A stretch of DNA of 32,000 bases from Coprobacillaceae bacterium (lineage in GTDB: Bacteria > Bacillota_I > Bacilli_A > Erysipelotrichales > Coprobacillaceae). The notes under the pieces are model-generated. The model saw only the letters and a list, made by a program, of their open reading frames with translations, did not search any database and was not told the DNA's origin. The position numbers and the translations under genes were made by a program. Of this stretch, positions 1 to 8,062 are shown piece after piece. The DNA is taken from positions 2,130,001 to 2,162,000 of the forward strand of contig OY780959.1 of the NCBI GenBank assembly GCA_963675915.1. The letters are read 5' to 3'. The stretch's first letter is position 1. The number at the start of each line of letters is the position of its first letter.

Positions 1-18
1 ATATGTTTATTGATATCA

Positions 19-50
19 AAAGGATGAGCTCACACGGGCCATCCTTTTTG
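19..50 (+). terminator. Rho-independent terminator of a gene ending upstream of the window
   Basis: AAAGGATG (19-26) pairs with CATCCTTT (40-47), with extra inner G-C pairs. A T-run follows at 45-49. Confidence 0.55.
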
Positions 51-103
51 GTTATAGCCCTAAGAACAGGATTAAGTAAAAATAATCTAATAGCTGTCAA
101 TGT

Positions 104-132
104 TTGTGGGTGAACATTCTTTGTAGTATAAT
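104..132 (+). promoter_or_regulatory. Candidate sigma-A promoter for the small ORF
   Basis: TTGTGG (104-109), 17-nt spacer, consensus TATAAT (127-132). The AATGTT/AACATT inverted repeat lies in the spacer. Confidence 0.4.
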
Positions 133-154
133 CATAGTAGGAGATGAATAATAT

Positions 155-268
155 ATGAAATTTGACAGAAAATTATTTTTAGCAATAGGAGCAGCTGTCA
201 CCGCAGCTGTGGCTATGGTCACCGGAATTGCCTTGATTGTAAGAAAAAAATTCATGCGAAACAAATAG
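155..268 (+). CDS. Small hydrophobic single-pass membrane peptide, 37 aa (MKFDRKLFLAIGAAVTAAVAMVTGIALIVRKKFMRNK)
   Basis: Not in the ORF track because it is under 60 aa. GGAG at 140-143 lies about 11 nt before ATG 155. One Ala/Val/Gly-rich TM segment and a Lys/Arg-rich C-terminal tail. TAG stop at 266-268. Confidence 0.45.
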   Translation: MKFDRKLFLAIGAAVTAAVAMVTGIALIVRKKFMRNK

Positions 269-478
269 CCTAAATGACAATTTAGTCATTGTGCTTATTC
301 AAGAAAAGGAACCTGAGTTATAAAACAGCAAAATAATATCAGCTGGGATTGGGTTCTTTTTTTCGTTCCTAGTGAATAAAAAGCTGCAATAAGAACAATT
401 ATCGTTAGATTAATTGTCAAATGTTAATTAAAATTATTTTCTTGGTAATGAAAATGTTTACTTTAATATCCGGATAAA

Positions 479-487
479 TGGTATACT
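479..487 (+). promoter_or_regulatory. Extended -10 promoter element for the ABC operon
   Basis: TGgTATACT at 479-487. No good -35. Lies about 25 nt upstream of the TTG start at 510. Confidence 0.35.
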
Positions 488-509
488 TTCAGGAAAAGGA
501 AGTGATATA

Positions 510-1214
510 TTGAATAATTTTGTACAGTTCAAAGACGTCTCTAAAATATATAAGGTCGGGGACGTTACGATAAAGGCTTCAGACGGAGTGGATTTTACAA
601 TCGACAAAGGTCAATTTGTAGTAATTGTAGGGCCATCTGGAGCAGGTAAGACCACAGTCCTAAATCTGCTGGGAGGAATGGATACAGCAACTTCGGGGGA
701 AATAATTATTGATGACAAGGACATTGCCAAATACAATGCCCGTCAATTGACTAGATATCGCCGTGAGGATATTGGATTTGTTTTTCAATTCTATAATCTG
801 ATTCAAAACTTGACTGCACTTGAAAATGTGGAATTGGCAAGTCAAATTTCAAAAAATCCACTGGATAGCAGAATGGTAATGGATCGGGTTGGTCTGAGGG
901 ACCGAATGGAGAACTTTCCCTCACAACTTTCTGGAGGAGAACAACAGCGGGTTGCGATTGCCCGGGCTATTGCAAAAAATCCCAAGTTGCTTTTATGTGA
1001 TGAGCCGACGGGAGCACTTGATTATCAAACAGGTAAAGACATTCTCAAACTCCTCAAGGAGATGGCGACAAAATACAAGATGACAGTAATAGTAATAACT
1101 CATAACAGTGCCATTGCAGGGATGGCTGATATCGTGTTCCATCTTAAAAACGGAAAAGTCAATGACCAGTACTTTAATGAAAGTCCAATGAGCATTGATG
1201 ATATTGAGTGGTAG
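510..1214 (+). CDS. ABC transporter ATP-binding protein, MacB/FtsE/LolD-type
   Basis: Walker A GPSGAGKT, signature LSGGEQQR, Walker [14 protein letters not shown]-loop ITHN. TTG start at 510 is required to keep the N-terminus; RBS AAGGAAGTG lies upstream. Confidence 0.93.
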   Translation: MNNFVQFKDVSKIYKVGDVTIKASDGVDFTIDKGQFVVIVGPSGAGKTTVLNLLGGMDTATSGEIIIDDKDIAKYNARQLTRYRREDIGFVFQFYNLIQNLTALENVELASQISKNPLDSRMVMDRVGLRDRMENFPSQLSGGEQQRVAIARAIAKNPKLLLCDEPTGALDYQTGKDILKLLKEMATKYKMTVIVITHNSAIAGMADIVFHLKNGKVNDQYFNESPMSIDDIEW

Positions 1215-1216
1215 TT

Positions 1217-4200
1217 ATGAAAAATTTTAACAAGAATATTCTTCGTAATATCAAAAAAGATAAATCAAGATTCATTTCGATATTTCTGATCATCCTCTTG
1301 GGATCTTCAATTTTTGCGGGATTGCAGTCAACACCGATTATCATGAAAAAAAGCATGAATGATTATCTCGCCGAGCACAATTATTGGGATATATCAGTTG
1401 TGGGGACTTATGGCTTTGAACAGGAAGATCTGAGTCTGATTGAAAGCATTGAAAACGTTGAAGGAGTAACGGTTAAAAATCGCTTTGACGTCATGTATGA
1501 AAGTGAGTCCAAAACTCTGGGACTAACTGGATACGGATATGATGATTTCGACCAGACAAGCTATGACCTGCTCGCCGGTAATTTCCCGGGAAATAATCAG
1601 GAATGTGTGATTGATCGTTTTTTTACTGATAATGAAGGCCTTTCTATTGGTGATTGGGTAACCTTCGCAAATAATCAGGGTAAAAAGCAGTTTGAAATTG
1701 TCGGAATAGTTGACAGTGCCCAATATATTGCCAAGGATTACCGTGGAGTAAACAGTCTTGGTGATGGCAGCAACCATGGTTATTTTGGGATATTGAATTC
1801 CGGAAATGAAAACTGGATGTTGCCAGAAGAATTATACGATTTGGTGGGATCGGATATATTCAATGAAATCGATATCCGGATTTCCAACTCCAATATATTT
1901 ACCCCTGGATACGATGAAGATATTAATCAGGTGACAAGTGATTTGGAATCGGCTTTGGAAAACTTGTACCATGATAAGTATGATGAAATTCAAACTGATG
2001 CCTTCGCCCAAATAGAAAAAAACCAAACCGATCTTGATGATGCAATCAAAGAATATGAAGAAGGTCTTTCATTGTACAATGAAGGTCTTGATGAATATGA
2101 ACAAGGACATCAGCAATATTTGGATGGAGTTGAATCATACGAACAAGGAATGGAACAATATGAGTCCGGTTGGCAGGAATATCTCGACGGTCAGGATCAA
2201 TATCAGGCGGGACTTCAAGAATACGAGAATGGCTATAATCAATATCTTGTAGCTCTTGATGAATACAACAGTGGCGTTAGCGAATATGAAGCTGGGTTGC
2301 TTGATTATAATGCTCAAAAGGCGGAATTCGATCTAGCATATGCAGATATTGACAGTTTCGATGATGAGACCAAAGCAGATTTGGAAGAGCAGAAAATATT
2401 ACTCGAAGAAACCAAAGCGGCCCTGGATGCTACAAAGATTGAGCTGGACAACGCTAAAATTCAATTAGATAGTACTAAAATTGAATTGGATCAAAACAAA
2501 GACATTCTTGATGAGACCGGTGTCGAGCTGGAATCGGCTCGAGAAGTACTTGAAACAACCAAATCACAATTGGATGATGCAAAAATAGAACTTGATGAAA
2601 ATCGCGTGATTCTGGATGAATCCAAGCAAACTCTTGATGAAAATGCTGCGGTTTTGGCAGATAACCAAACCAAATTGGATGATGCCCAAGCCAAAATAGA
2701 TCAGGCGACCAAAGATATTGAACGGCTAGATCAGGGTAAAATATACTCATTTTCAAAAAGCCAGAACGACGGAGTAGAGTCCTTCGAGCAAAATGCGGGA
2801 GCAATTGAGTCAATATCATATATATTTCCGATAATATTCTTTTTGGTAGCCGCGTTGGTTTCGATGACGACAATGACCAGAATGGTCGAAGAACAGCGAA
2901 TTCAAAACGGGACCTTGCTTTCACTGGGGTTTTCGAAAAGAAATATTATCAACAGCTATTTGTTATTTGTGATAATTGCAACCTTACCGTCTTCGATAAT
3001 TGGAATAATTTCCGGAATCAACTTCTTTCCAAGATTCATATATTATCTATACAGCTTGATGCTTTATGATGTTTCAGCGCCAACTTTCATCGTCTATGAC
3101 TTGATGATCATTCTGGTAACTTTGATGATTTCCGTAGGGATAATTCTTCTTGTTACTTTAGTGGTTGCAATAAGCGAATTGAAAGAGGAACCAGCAAACT
3201 TGCTGCGTCCAAAACCGCCGAAGATGGGAAAAAGAATACTCCTTGATCGGATCACCCCAATCTGGAAACGACTTTCGTTCAATAATAAGGTAACATTGCG
3301 GAATATCTTCAGATACAAAAGACGGTTTATTATGTCAATCATTGGAATTGCCGGTTGCGGCGCTCTTCTAGTATTGGCATTTGGATTGAAATACTCGATA
3401 ACCGAAACAGTAGTCAAGCAGTTTGACGAGATAAACCTCTATGATTACAAGATTTCGTATGCAGAAAATGACAATGATAGTATTATTAACTTCTCCGAAA
3501 GTTTAGTAGCTCAAAATGATAATGTTGAAGTCAACAATTATTATGAAGCTATGGTTCAGGTTGAAGACTCTTATGTCAATCTACAAGTTGAATTTGATGA
3601 TAATTATCAAGATCTTCTAAATCTTGTCGAGCGCGGACAAAAGATTCAACTCGATGACACCGGAGCAGCTATCAATGGAAAACTCAGCGAGATATTGGGA
3701 GTCAAAGTCGGGGACACTATCGAAGTGCTTTATGAGGATATGTATTATCAGGTCGAGATCACCAACATCTTTGATTATTACTATGGCAGTGTGATGTTTA
3801 TGAGCGACGCTTCTTTTGAAGATATGACGGGAGAGTCAATCATGATCAACCGAGCATTGATAAGTGGTAATTTGAATCAGCTGACAGATAATGAAATGGT
3901 GATTTCTCAAGAATCAAGTGAAGAAGGTCGGAGTGATTTTGGTAACCAGCTGGAATCGATCGATACTGTGGTGCTGATCTTGATATTTGCTGCCGGTTTC
4001 CTGGCATTGATTGTTATCTACAATTTGACCAATATAAATATCCAAGAACGGCTTGTTGAAATTTCAACGATTAAAGTTCTTGGATTCTATCCTCGGGAGA
4101 TCTATGACTATATTTTCAGGGAAAATATCTATCTGGGAATAATCGGAAGTATTGTCGGAATGTTCCTGGGAAAAATTGTTCATTATTACCTGATAATCAC

Positions 4201-4360
4201 AGTTGAATTGGAAACAGTTCAGTTTGTCAGACATGTGGACACCAAAACATATCTGATTTCTTTTGCGATAACTATGCTATTCACAATTCTGATTAATTTG
4301 ATCATGCGAAGAATCGTGAACAGAATTGACATGGTTGAATCATTGAAATCTATCGAATAA
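1217..4360 (+). CDS. Fused double FtsX-domain ABC permease (1047 aa) with a very large first extracytoplasmic domain containing heptad arrays
   Basis: N-terminus MKNFNKNILRNIKKDKSRF then a TM segment, typical of MacB/FtsX permeases. There are two blocks of FtsX-like TM bundles (approx residues 540-680 and 920-1047). ATG 1217 is preferred over the GTG 1208 given in the ORF track. Lies 2 nt after the ATPase stop. Confidence 0.88.
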   Translation: MKNFNKNILRNIKKDKSRFISIFLIILLGSSIFAGLQSTPIIMKKSMNDYLAEHNYWDISVVGTYGFEQEDLSLIESIENVEGVTVKNRFDVMYESESKTLGLTGYGYDDFDQTSYDLLAGNFPGNNQECVIDRFFTDNEGLSIGDWVTFANNQGKKQFEIVGIVDSAQYIAKDYRGVNSLGDGSNHGYFGILNSGNENWMLPEELYDLVGSDIFNEIDIRISNSNIFTPGYDEDINQVTSDLESALENLYHDKYDEIQTDAFAQIEKNQTDLDDAIKEYEEGLSLYNEGLDEYEQGHQQYLDGVESYEQGMEQYESGWQEYLDGQDQYQAGLQEYENGYNQYLVALDEYNSGVSEYEAGLLDYNAQKAEFDLAYADIDSFDDETKADLEEQKILLEETKAALDATKIELDNAKIQLDSTKIELDQNKDILDETGVELESAREVLETTKSQLDDAKIELDENRVILDESKQTLDENAAVLADNQTKLDDAQAKIDQATKDIERLDQGKIYSFSKSQNDGVESFEQNAGAIESISYIFPIIFFLVAALVSMTTMTRMVEEQRIQNGTLLSLGFSKRNIINSYLLFVIIATLPSSIIGIISGINFFPRFIYYLYSLMLYDVSAPTFIVYDLMIILVTLMISVGIILLVTLVVAISELKEEPANLLRPKPPKMGKRILLDRITPIWKRLSFNNKVTLRNIFRYKRRFIMSIIGIAGCGALLVLAFGLKYSITETVVKQFDEINLYDYKISYAENDNDSIINFSESLVAQNDNVEVNNYYEAMVQVEDSYVNLQVEFDDNYQDLLNLVERGQKIQLDDTGAAINGKLSEILGVKVGDTIEVLYEDMYYQVEITNIFDYYYGSVMFMSDASFEDMTGESIMINRALISGNLNQLTDNEMVISQESSEEGRSDFGNQLESIDTVVLILIFAAGFLALIVIYNLTNINIQERLVEISTIKVLGFYPREIYDYIFRENIYLGIIGSIVGMFLGKIVHYYLIITVELETVQFVRHVDTKTYLISFAITMLFTILINLIMRRIVNRIDMVESLKSIE
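2054..2326 (+). repeat. 13 uninterrupted in-frame 21-nt units encoding Y-x-x-G-x-x-x heptads
   Basis: YEEGLSL YNEGLDE YEQGHQQ YLDGVES YEQGMEQ YESGWQE YLDGQDQ YQAGLQE YENGYNQ YLVALDE YNSGVSE YEAGLLD YNAQKAE. Tyr is at position 1 in 13/13 and Gly at position 4 in 11/13. Confidence 0.9.
2381..2695 (+). repeat. 15 uninterrupted in-frame 21-nt units encoding L-[D/E/A]-x-x-K-x-x heptads
   Basis: LEEQKIL LEETKAA LDATKIE LDNAKIQ LDSTKIE LDQNKDI LDETGVE LESAREV LETTKSQ LDDAKIE LDENRVI LDESKQT LDENAAV LADNQTK LDDAQAK. Leu is at position 1 in 15/15. Confidence 0.9.
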
Positions 4361-4415
4361 AAAAAGACTGGCCTTCATTATCTGGAAAACCAAATAATGA
4401 AGGTCAGTTTTTTTA
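4361..4415. terminator. Bidirectional rho-independent terminator between convergent operons
   Basis: GACTGGCCTTCATTAT (4366-4381) pairs with ATAATGAAGGTCAGT (4394-4408). An A-run precedes the stem and a T-run (4408-4414) follows it. Confidence 0.85.
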
Positions 4416-4436
4416 GCGGTATTTCCCGTAGGGAAA

Positions 4437-5219
4437 CTATTCAAAATTGCGGTCAAACCGGGATGTAATTTCTTTGGTACAGTAAAAGTCATTGATAATT
4501 TTAGGAGCTTCCTGGAGACTTTTTTGATAGAGAGTATCAAGATGGTCAAGATAACTGCTGAGATTATCAATTTCCGGACCCGGGCGCATGAACAGACCGG
4601 TAAAGTTGTCCTTCTTCATCATTCTCAAAAACTTGTTAGTCAGTTTTCTTCTCAGTTTGTTTTGGGTTACAAAAAAGCCATCAAAGCGGATAAATCCCCT
4701 CAATGAGTTCATAATATCCTTGGGACGCAAAGCGAAGAAAGGGGCGATTATTGCAGCATTAAAATCACTTATGACGATATGATCCCGGACCTTTTTAGTC
4801 ATTGGATCATATCCGTCTTTGATTATGAAGCGCCGGTCATACTGGGACTCAATGGTTTGATGATACTCAGCGGTTTCGCCCTCAATTACATTGTTAATGT
4901 AGGGATGACAATTGCTGTCAAGAATGAAATGGGTCAAAAATCCCAGAAGATATGCCCAACATGCATCATGATCTTCACATTTTTCAATAACTTGGAGCGC
5001 ATTTGTGAAAAATACGGCACCAGAATCGTAATGAATTTGGTAGGCTTGATCAACAATGGCACTGCCTTTGTAGGGCTTGTAGAAGAAATTGATATCGGCC
5101 CCGTGGCAGCCAATGAAATACAAGTCGATATTTTCTTCAATTATCCGCCTGATTTCGAAGTTGTCGATATTGGCCAGAACATCTCCGGCAAAGCTGTAGT
5201 GGGTGTACGATGCTGGCAT
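4437..5219 (-). CDS. Zinc-dependent phospholipase C family (PF00882-like) protein, no signal peptide, 260 aa
   Basis: N-terminal SYTHYSF..., then CHGAD, HFILDSNCHP and other His/Asp-rich motifs typical of the cytoplasmic Zn-PLC-fold family. Start re-set to ATG 5219: GGAGG at 5224-5229 lies 4 nt upstream and is directly adjacent to the stop codon of the upstream gene. Confidence 0.65.
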   Translation of the reverse strand: MPASYTHYSFAGDVLANIDNFEIRRIIEENIDLYFIGCHGADINFFYKPYKGSAIVDQAYQIHYDSGAVFFTNALQVIEKCEDHDACWAYLLGFLTHFILDSNCHPYINNVIEGETAEYHQTIESQYDRRFIIKDGYDPMTKKVRDHIVISDFNAAIIAPFFALRPKDIMNSLRGFIRFDGFFVTQNKLRRKLTNKFLRMMKKDNFTGLFMRPGPEIDNLSSYLDHLDTLYQKSLQEAPKIINDFYCTKEITSRFDRNFE

Positions 5220-5220
5220 A

Positions 5221-5574
5221 CTACCCTCCGATGCTCTGGTAAGCATCTTTTTTTAAACCAATAATCACTTTGTCATCAGTTTCAAGCAACGGGCGCTTGA
5301 TCAGATAACCGTCACTGCTTAACAATTTCAATTTTTCATCCAAATCCATGGTTGCGAGCTTGTCCTTTAGTCGCATTTCTTTAAATTTGGTACCTCGTTT
5401 ATTGAAAAAATCATCTATGTCGGCACCGCTTTTATGAAATAATTCGGCAATTTTATCATAGGCAAGATTGGTATCGATAAAGTCAATAAAATCATATTCA
5501 AGATTAAATGACTCAATTTCCTTTTTAGCTTTTATGCAAGTTGAACACTTCTTGTATCCGTATAAGTTTAGCAT
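5221..5574 (-). CDS. ArsC/Spx/MgsR-family (YffB-like) thioredoxin-fold protein
   Basis: MLNLYGYKKCSTCIKAKK N-terminus with a CxxC-type motif. The size (117 aa) and the C-terminal LIKRP motif are typical of the ArsC-related family. Confidence 0.75.
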   Translation of the reverse strand: MLNLYGYKKCSTCIKAKKEIESFNLEYDFIDFIDTNLAYDKIAELFHKSGADIDDFFNKRGTKFKEMRLKDKLATMDLDEKLKLLSSDGYLIKRPLLETDDKVIIGLKKDAYQSIGG

Positions 5575-5736
5575 ATGTCCTCCTTTATTAGCTCTTATAA
5601 GCTATGTCCTCATTGTATCATTATTATATAAATTAGCAAATAATCATGCTCACAGAAGCCTTGTTAAGAAATTAATACATATTGCTTCAGGGAAAGTGCT
5701 CGATGTGATAATCTATAGTCAATGGAGGACTGATAG

Positions 5737-6312
5737 ATGGAACAAAACAAAATCATAGTGACATTTAGCGAGTTTTTAAGACAGTTCAAAGATGCACTAT
5801 TTGCAACGCCGGAACTCATCAAGGCCAAAAAATCACTCGAAATCAATGATGAATTTTTTGAAAGGATTATTTTGGCGGTGACTGAAGTCAACGGGTGTGC
5901 TGTGTGCAGTTATGAACACAGCCGGATAGCTCTTGAGGCAGGCATAAGTAAGGAAGAAATTGAGATGATCTTGTCAGCTGGTGAGATAGAGTTTCCTGAA
6001 AATGAGCAAGAGGCAATTCTATTTGCACAACATTATGCTGCAACCATGGGGCAGCCTTCTAAGAAAGCTCAGGCGGTATTGGTTGATACTTATGGTAGCG
6101 ATATTGCCTCGCAGATTGTTGCAGTGATAAAAACCATTATGGCTGGAAATGCTTATGGAATTGCCTATGGAACATTTAAGCAGAGGCTTAAGGGGAGACC
6201 GGTTGATCGATCTTCATTGAAAAGGGAATTATTGATTCTGTCAACTCCACTGGTGATTGTCTTGTTGCCATTGGTTTTGATGGTCAGAATAATCAAATTA
6301 CGATTGAAATAA
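5737..6312 (+). CDS. Carboxymuconolactone decarboxylase / AhpD-like family protein with C-terminal TM anchor
   Basis: CxxCxxxH motif (CAVCSYEH) characteristic of the AhpD/CMD core. Hydrophobic C-terminus LLILSTPLVIVLLPLVLMV. GGAGG RBS lies 8 nt before the ATG. Confidence 0.75.
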   Translation: MEQNKIIVTFSEFLRQFKDALFATPELIKAKKSLEINDEFFERIILAVTEVNGCAVCSYEHSRIALEAGISKEEIEMILSAGEIEFPENEQEAILFAQHYAATMGQPSKKAQAVLVDTYGSDIASQIVAVIKTIMAGNAYGIAYGTFKQRLKGRPVDRSSLKRELLILSTPLVIVLLPLVLMVRIIKLRLK

Positions 6313-6359
6313 ATCCAGTGGAATGAGTCAATATGCCAATATTAAATTGAAATTACGGC

Positions 6360-6388
6360 TTGATAAACGGAATCAGAAATGTTACAAT
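6360..6388 (+). promoter_or_regulatory. Near-consensus sigma-A promoter for the unknown membrane protein gene
   Basis: TTGATA (6360-6365), 17-nt spacer ending in TGt, TACAAT (6383-6388). Confidence 0.6.
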
Positions 6389-6451
6389 TAACTAAAATAA
6401 GACACTTATTTATATTCAACACCAGCTATATGAGTAGAAAGAGAGGGCCTT

Positions 6452-7000
6452 ATGGGATATTGGTTATTGATGTGGGGATTTGTCCTAATGGCAAATTTCA
6501 ATATCAACGGTATTGATATAATTCCGGATATTTTTGGATATGCCTCGATGCTTATTGGCTGTCAGATTTTGAAGGAGAGCAATCGTACTTTTAAAATTGC
6601 GGGATATTTCAGCGTTCTGGCAATGGTTCTTTCAATGAGCCAATTTACACCAATTTTGGGCATTGCCATACCGGAAAAAGGTTTGATTGAAGTGGTCGGA
6701 GCCATATTGGTGATGACTGTTGATCTTGGAATTGTTTACTTTATTTGTAAAGGAATTGGAGAAATAGCCCAATCAATGCAAAATGATAAGTTGGTGAAAC
6801 TATCAAGATATACTTGGATTATTTATTTGATTGCCCGAATATCGGTTGTTTTGGTAATTATGGCAATCGAATCCGAAACGATGATAATTCTCGTTTTTGG
6901 GGCAGGAATATTGCTGGTCGTTTCTTATTTCATTAATATAATCTTGATGAAAAAAGCGGCTCAGGATCTCACTACTTATCAGCCACAGGTTGATGTTTGA
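6452..7000 (+). CDS. Polytopic membrane protein of unknown function (about 5-6 TM, 182 aa)
   Basis: Open frame with its own promoter and terminator. Alternating hydrophobic segments. I recognise no family motif. Confidence 0.6.
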   Translation: MGYWLLMWGFVLMANFNINGIDIIPDIFGYASMLIGCQILKESNRTFKIAGYFSVLAMVLSMSQFTPILGIAIPEKGLIEVVGAILVMTVDLGIVYFICKGIGEIAQSMQNDKLVKLSRYTWIIYLIARISVVLVIMAIESETMIILVFGAGILLVVSYFINIILMKKAAQDLTTYQPQVDV

Positions 7001-7010
7001 GTTTTACTTT

Positions 7011-7042
7011 AAAAATCGGGAAATTTTCATTCCCGATTTTTA
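7011..7042. terminator. Bidirectional rho-independent terminator
   Basis: AAAATCGGGAA (7012-7022) pairs with TTCCCGATTTT (7030-7040). A-run and T-run flanks. Lies between convergent genes. Confidence 0.8.
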
Positions 7043-7049
7043 TTATGTT

Positions 7050-7700
7050 CTAGTTATTGTTTTCGATTTTGGAATAAATCCGGTAAGAATAGACTATCGG
7101 ATAGACAACACATAATACCAAGACCAATCCCAAGATTATTGCTGTAAATTGGCCAGGCAAAAAGGCACTTATGAAAACTGCTATTCCGCAGCCAAACCAA
7201 ATCTTTCCGGCCATCCGATGGGTTTTGATCCATACTTCTTCATTATTCAAAGTCCAGGGAACTTTAATTCCGATAGTGTAGTTCTGATTGACTTTAGGAA
7301 GATAATTTCCGATGACAATGAAGATCACACCTACAAAACCAACAACATATGTTGAAACATCGAGGTCATTTCCCAGGGCGACTGCATAAGTTACACAGGA
7401 AATAAATATTGTCAAGAGTGGAACGAGCCAATAGATCTTATTGACCAGTTTATCATTATTTTTTCTCCTCTTAGGATCCAATTGCGTAACGGTTATGGCA
7501 AAAGCGTTCAGTAGGGCCATGAAAACCGGCATCCCGAAAATAACAATATTCTTGGGCATGTAGCCATCTACTTCGCCGTTAATCCCCCAGTGCGATGGCA
7601 TTGGATCAGGGAGTCGATCATAAAAGAAAAGACCGATTATAATTGGTGTCAAACAGGCAAGTGATGACAATATCATAAACTTAAAATTAATTTTCTTCAT
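7050..7700 (-). CDS. sdpI: SdpI/YhfL-family immunity-type membrane protein (DUF1648 N-terminus)
   Basis: N-terminal TM followed by YDRLPDPMPSHWGINGEVDGY (DUF1648-type), multiple TMs, and a 14-nt overlap with the upstream ArsR-type gene. Confidence 0.75.
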   Translation of the reverse strand: MKKINFKFMILSSLACLTPIIIGLFFYDRLPDPMPSHWGINGEVDGYMPKNIVIFGMPVFMALLNAFAITVTQLDPKRRKNNDKLVNKIYWLVPLLTIFISCVTYAVALGNDLDVSTYVVGFVGVIFIVIGNYLPKVNQNYTIGIKVPWTLNNEEVWIKTHRMAGKIWFGCGIAVFISAFLPGQFTAIILGLVLVLCVVYPIVYSYRIYSKIENNN

Positions 7701-7968
7701 TGTTGCTTCCTCCGGTGAATTGCGATAAGTAAAACATCATTTCCTCAACAACCGAGGTGTTGATCCGGTAATAGATATAATTTTTGTATTTGTGCTCACT
7801 GATCAAATCACTGTTTTTCAAAATTGACAAATGATGGGATATAGTAGCGTGGGCCAAATCAAATTCAGCAGCGATATCGCTTGCTGTCACATCCCCGTTT
7901 TTTAAAATATCGAGGATCTGACGCCGAACTGGATGTGACATGGCTTTGAAAGATTTTTGAAAACTCAT
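7687..7968 (-). CDS. sdpR: ArsR-family winged-helix repressor, SdpR-type autorepressor
   Basis: MSHPVRRQILDIL...ASDIAAEFDLAHATISHHLSILK HTH typical of the ArsR/SmtB family without a metal-binding Cys motif. Gene order sdpR-sdpI. RBS GAAGGTGA. Confidence 0.8.
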   Translation of the reverse strand: MSFQKSFKAMSHPVRRQILDILKNGDVTASDIAAEFDLAHATISHHLSILKNSDLISEHKYKNYIYYRINTSVVEEMMFYLSQFTGGSNNEEN

Positions 7969-7994
7969 TTTATCACCTTCTATTTCGATGTTTT

Positions 7995-8060
7995 TCTAAA
8001 TAGATTTTAACATCAAAGTAGTCCGGGGTCAACCTATTTAGATGAAAATCTAAATAGGTT
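7995..8060 (-). promoter_or_regulatory. sdpRI promoter with three copies of a TCTAAATAG half-site (candidate SdpR operator)
   Basis: Minus strand: -35 TTGACC (8027-8032), 17-nt spacer, TGt-extended -10 TAAAAT (8004-8009). A perfect 12-bp inverted repeat AACCTATTTAGA-N6-TCTAAATAGGTT (8031-8060) abuts the -35. A third half-site (7995-8003) lies over the predicted +1. Confidence 0.6.
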
Positions 8061-8062
8061 TG

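Noticed and set aside
305-362. Possible terminator of the small ORF (GGAACC ... GGTTC followed by T7)
   Set aside because: Only 5 bp pair directly next to the T-run, and the loop is about 38 nt with interrupted inner pairing. This is too weak to call as a feature, although termination here is plausible.
2475-2924. Minus-strand ORFs of 149 aa and 67 aa (2491-2694) inside the permease gene
   Set aside because: They lie antisense to the heptad-repeat region. The biased repeat composition removes antisense stop codons. No RBS, and the products are low-complexity Ser/Leu/Phe-rich. These are shadow ORFs.
4779-5264. 161-aa plus-strand ORF, with smaller ones at 4524-4782
   Set aside because: Entirely antisense to the well-supported Zn-PLC-fold gene. 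No RBS and no recognisable motif.
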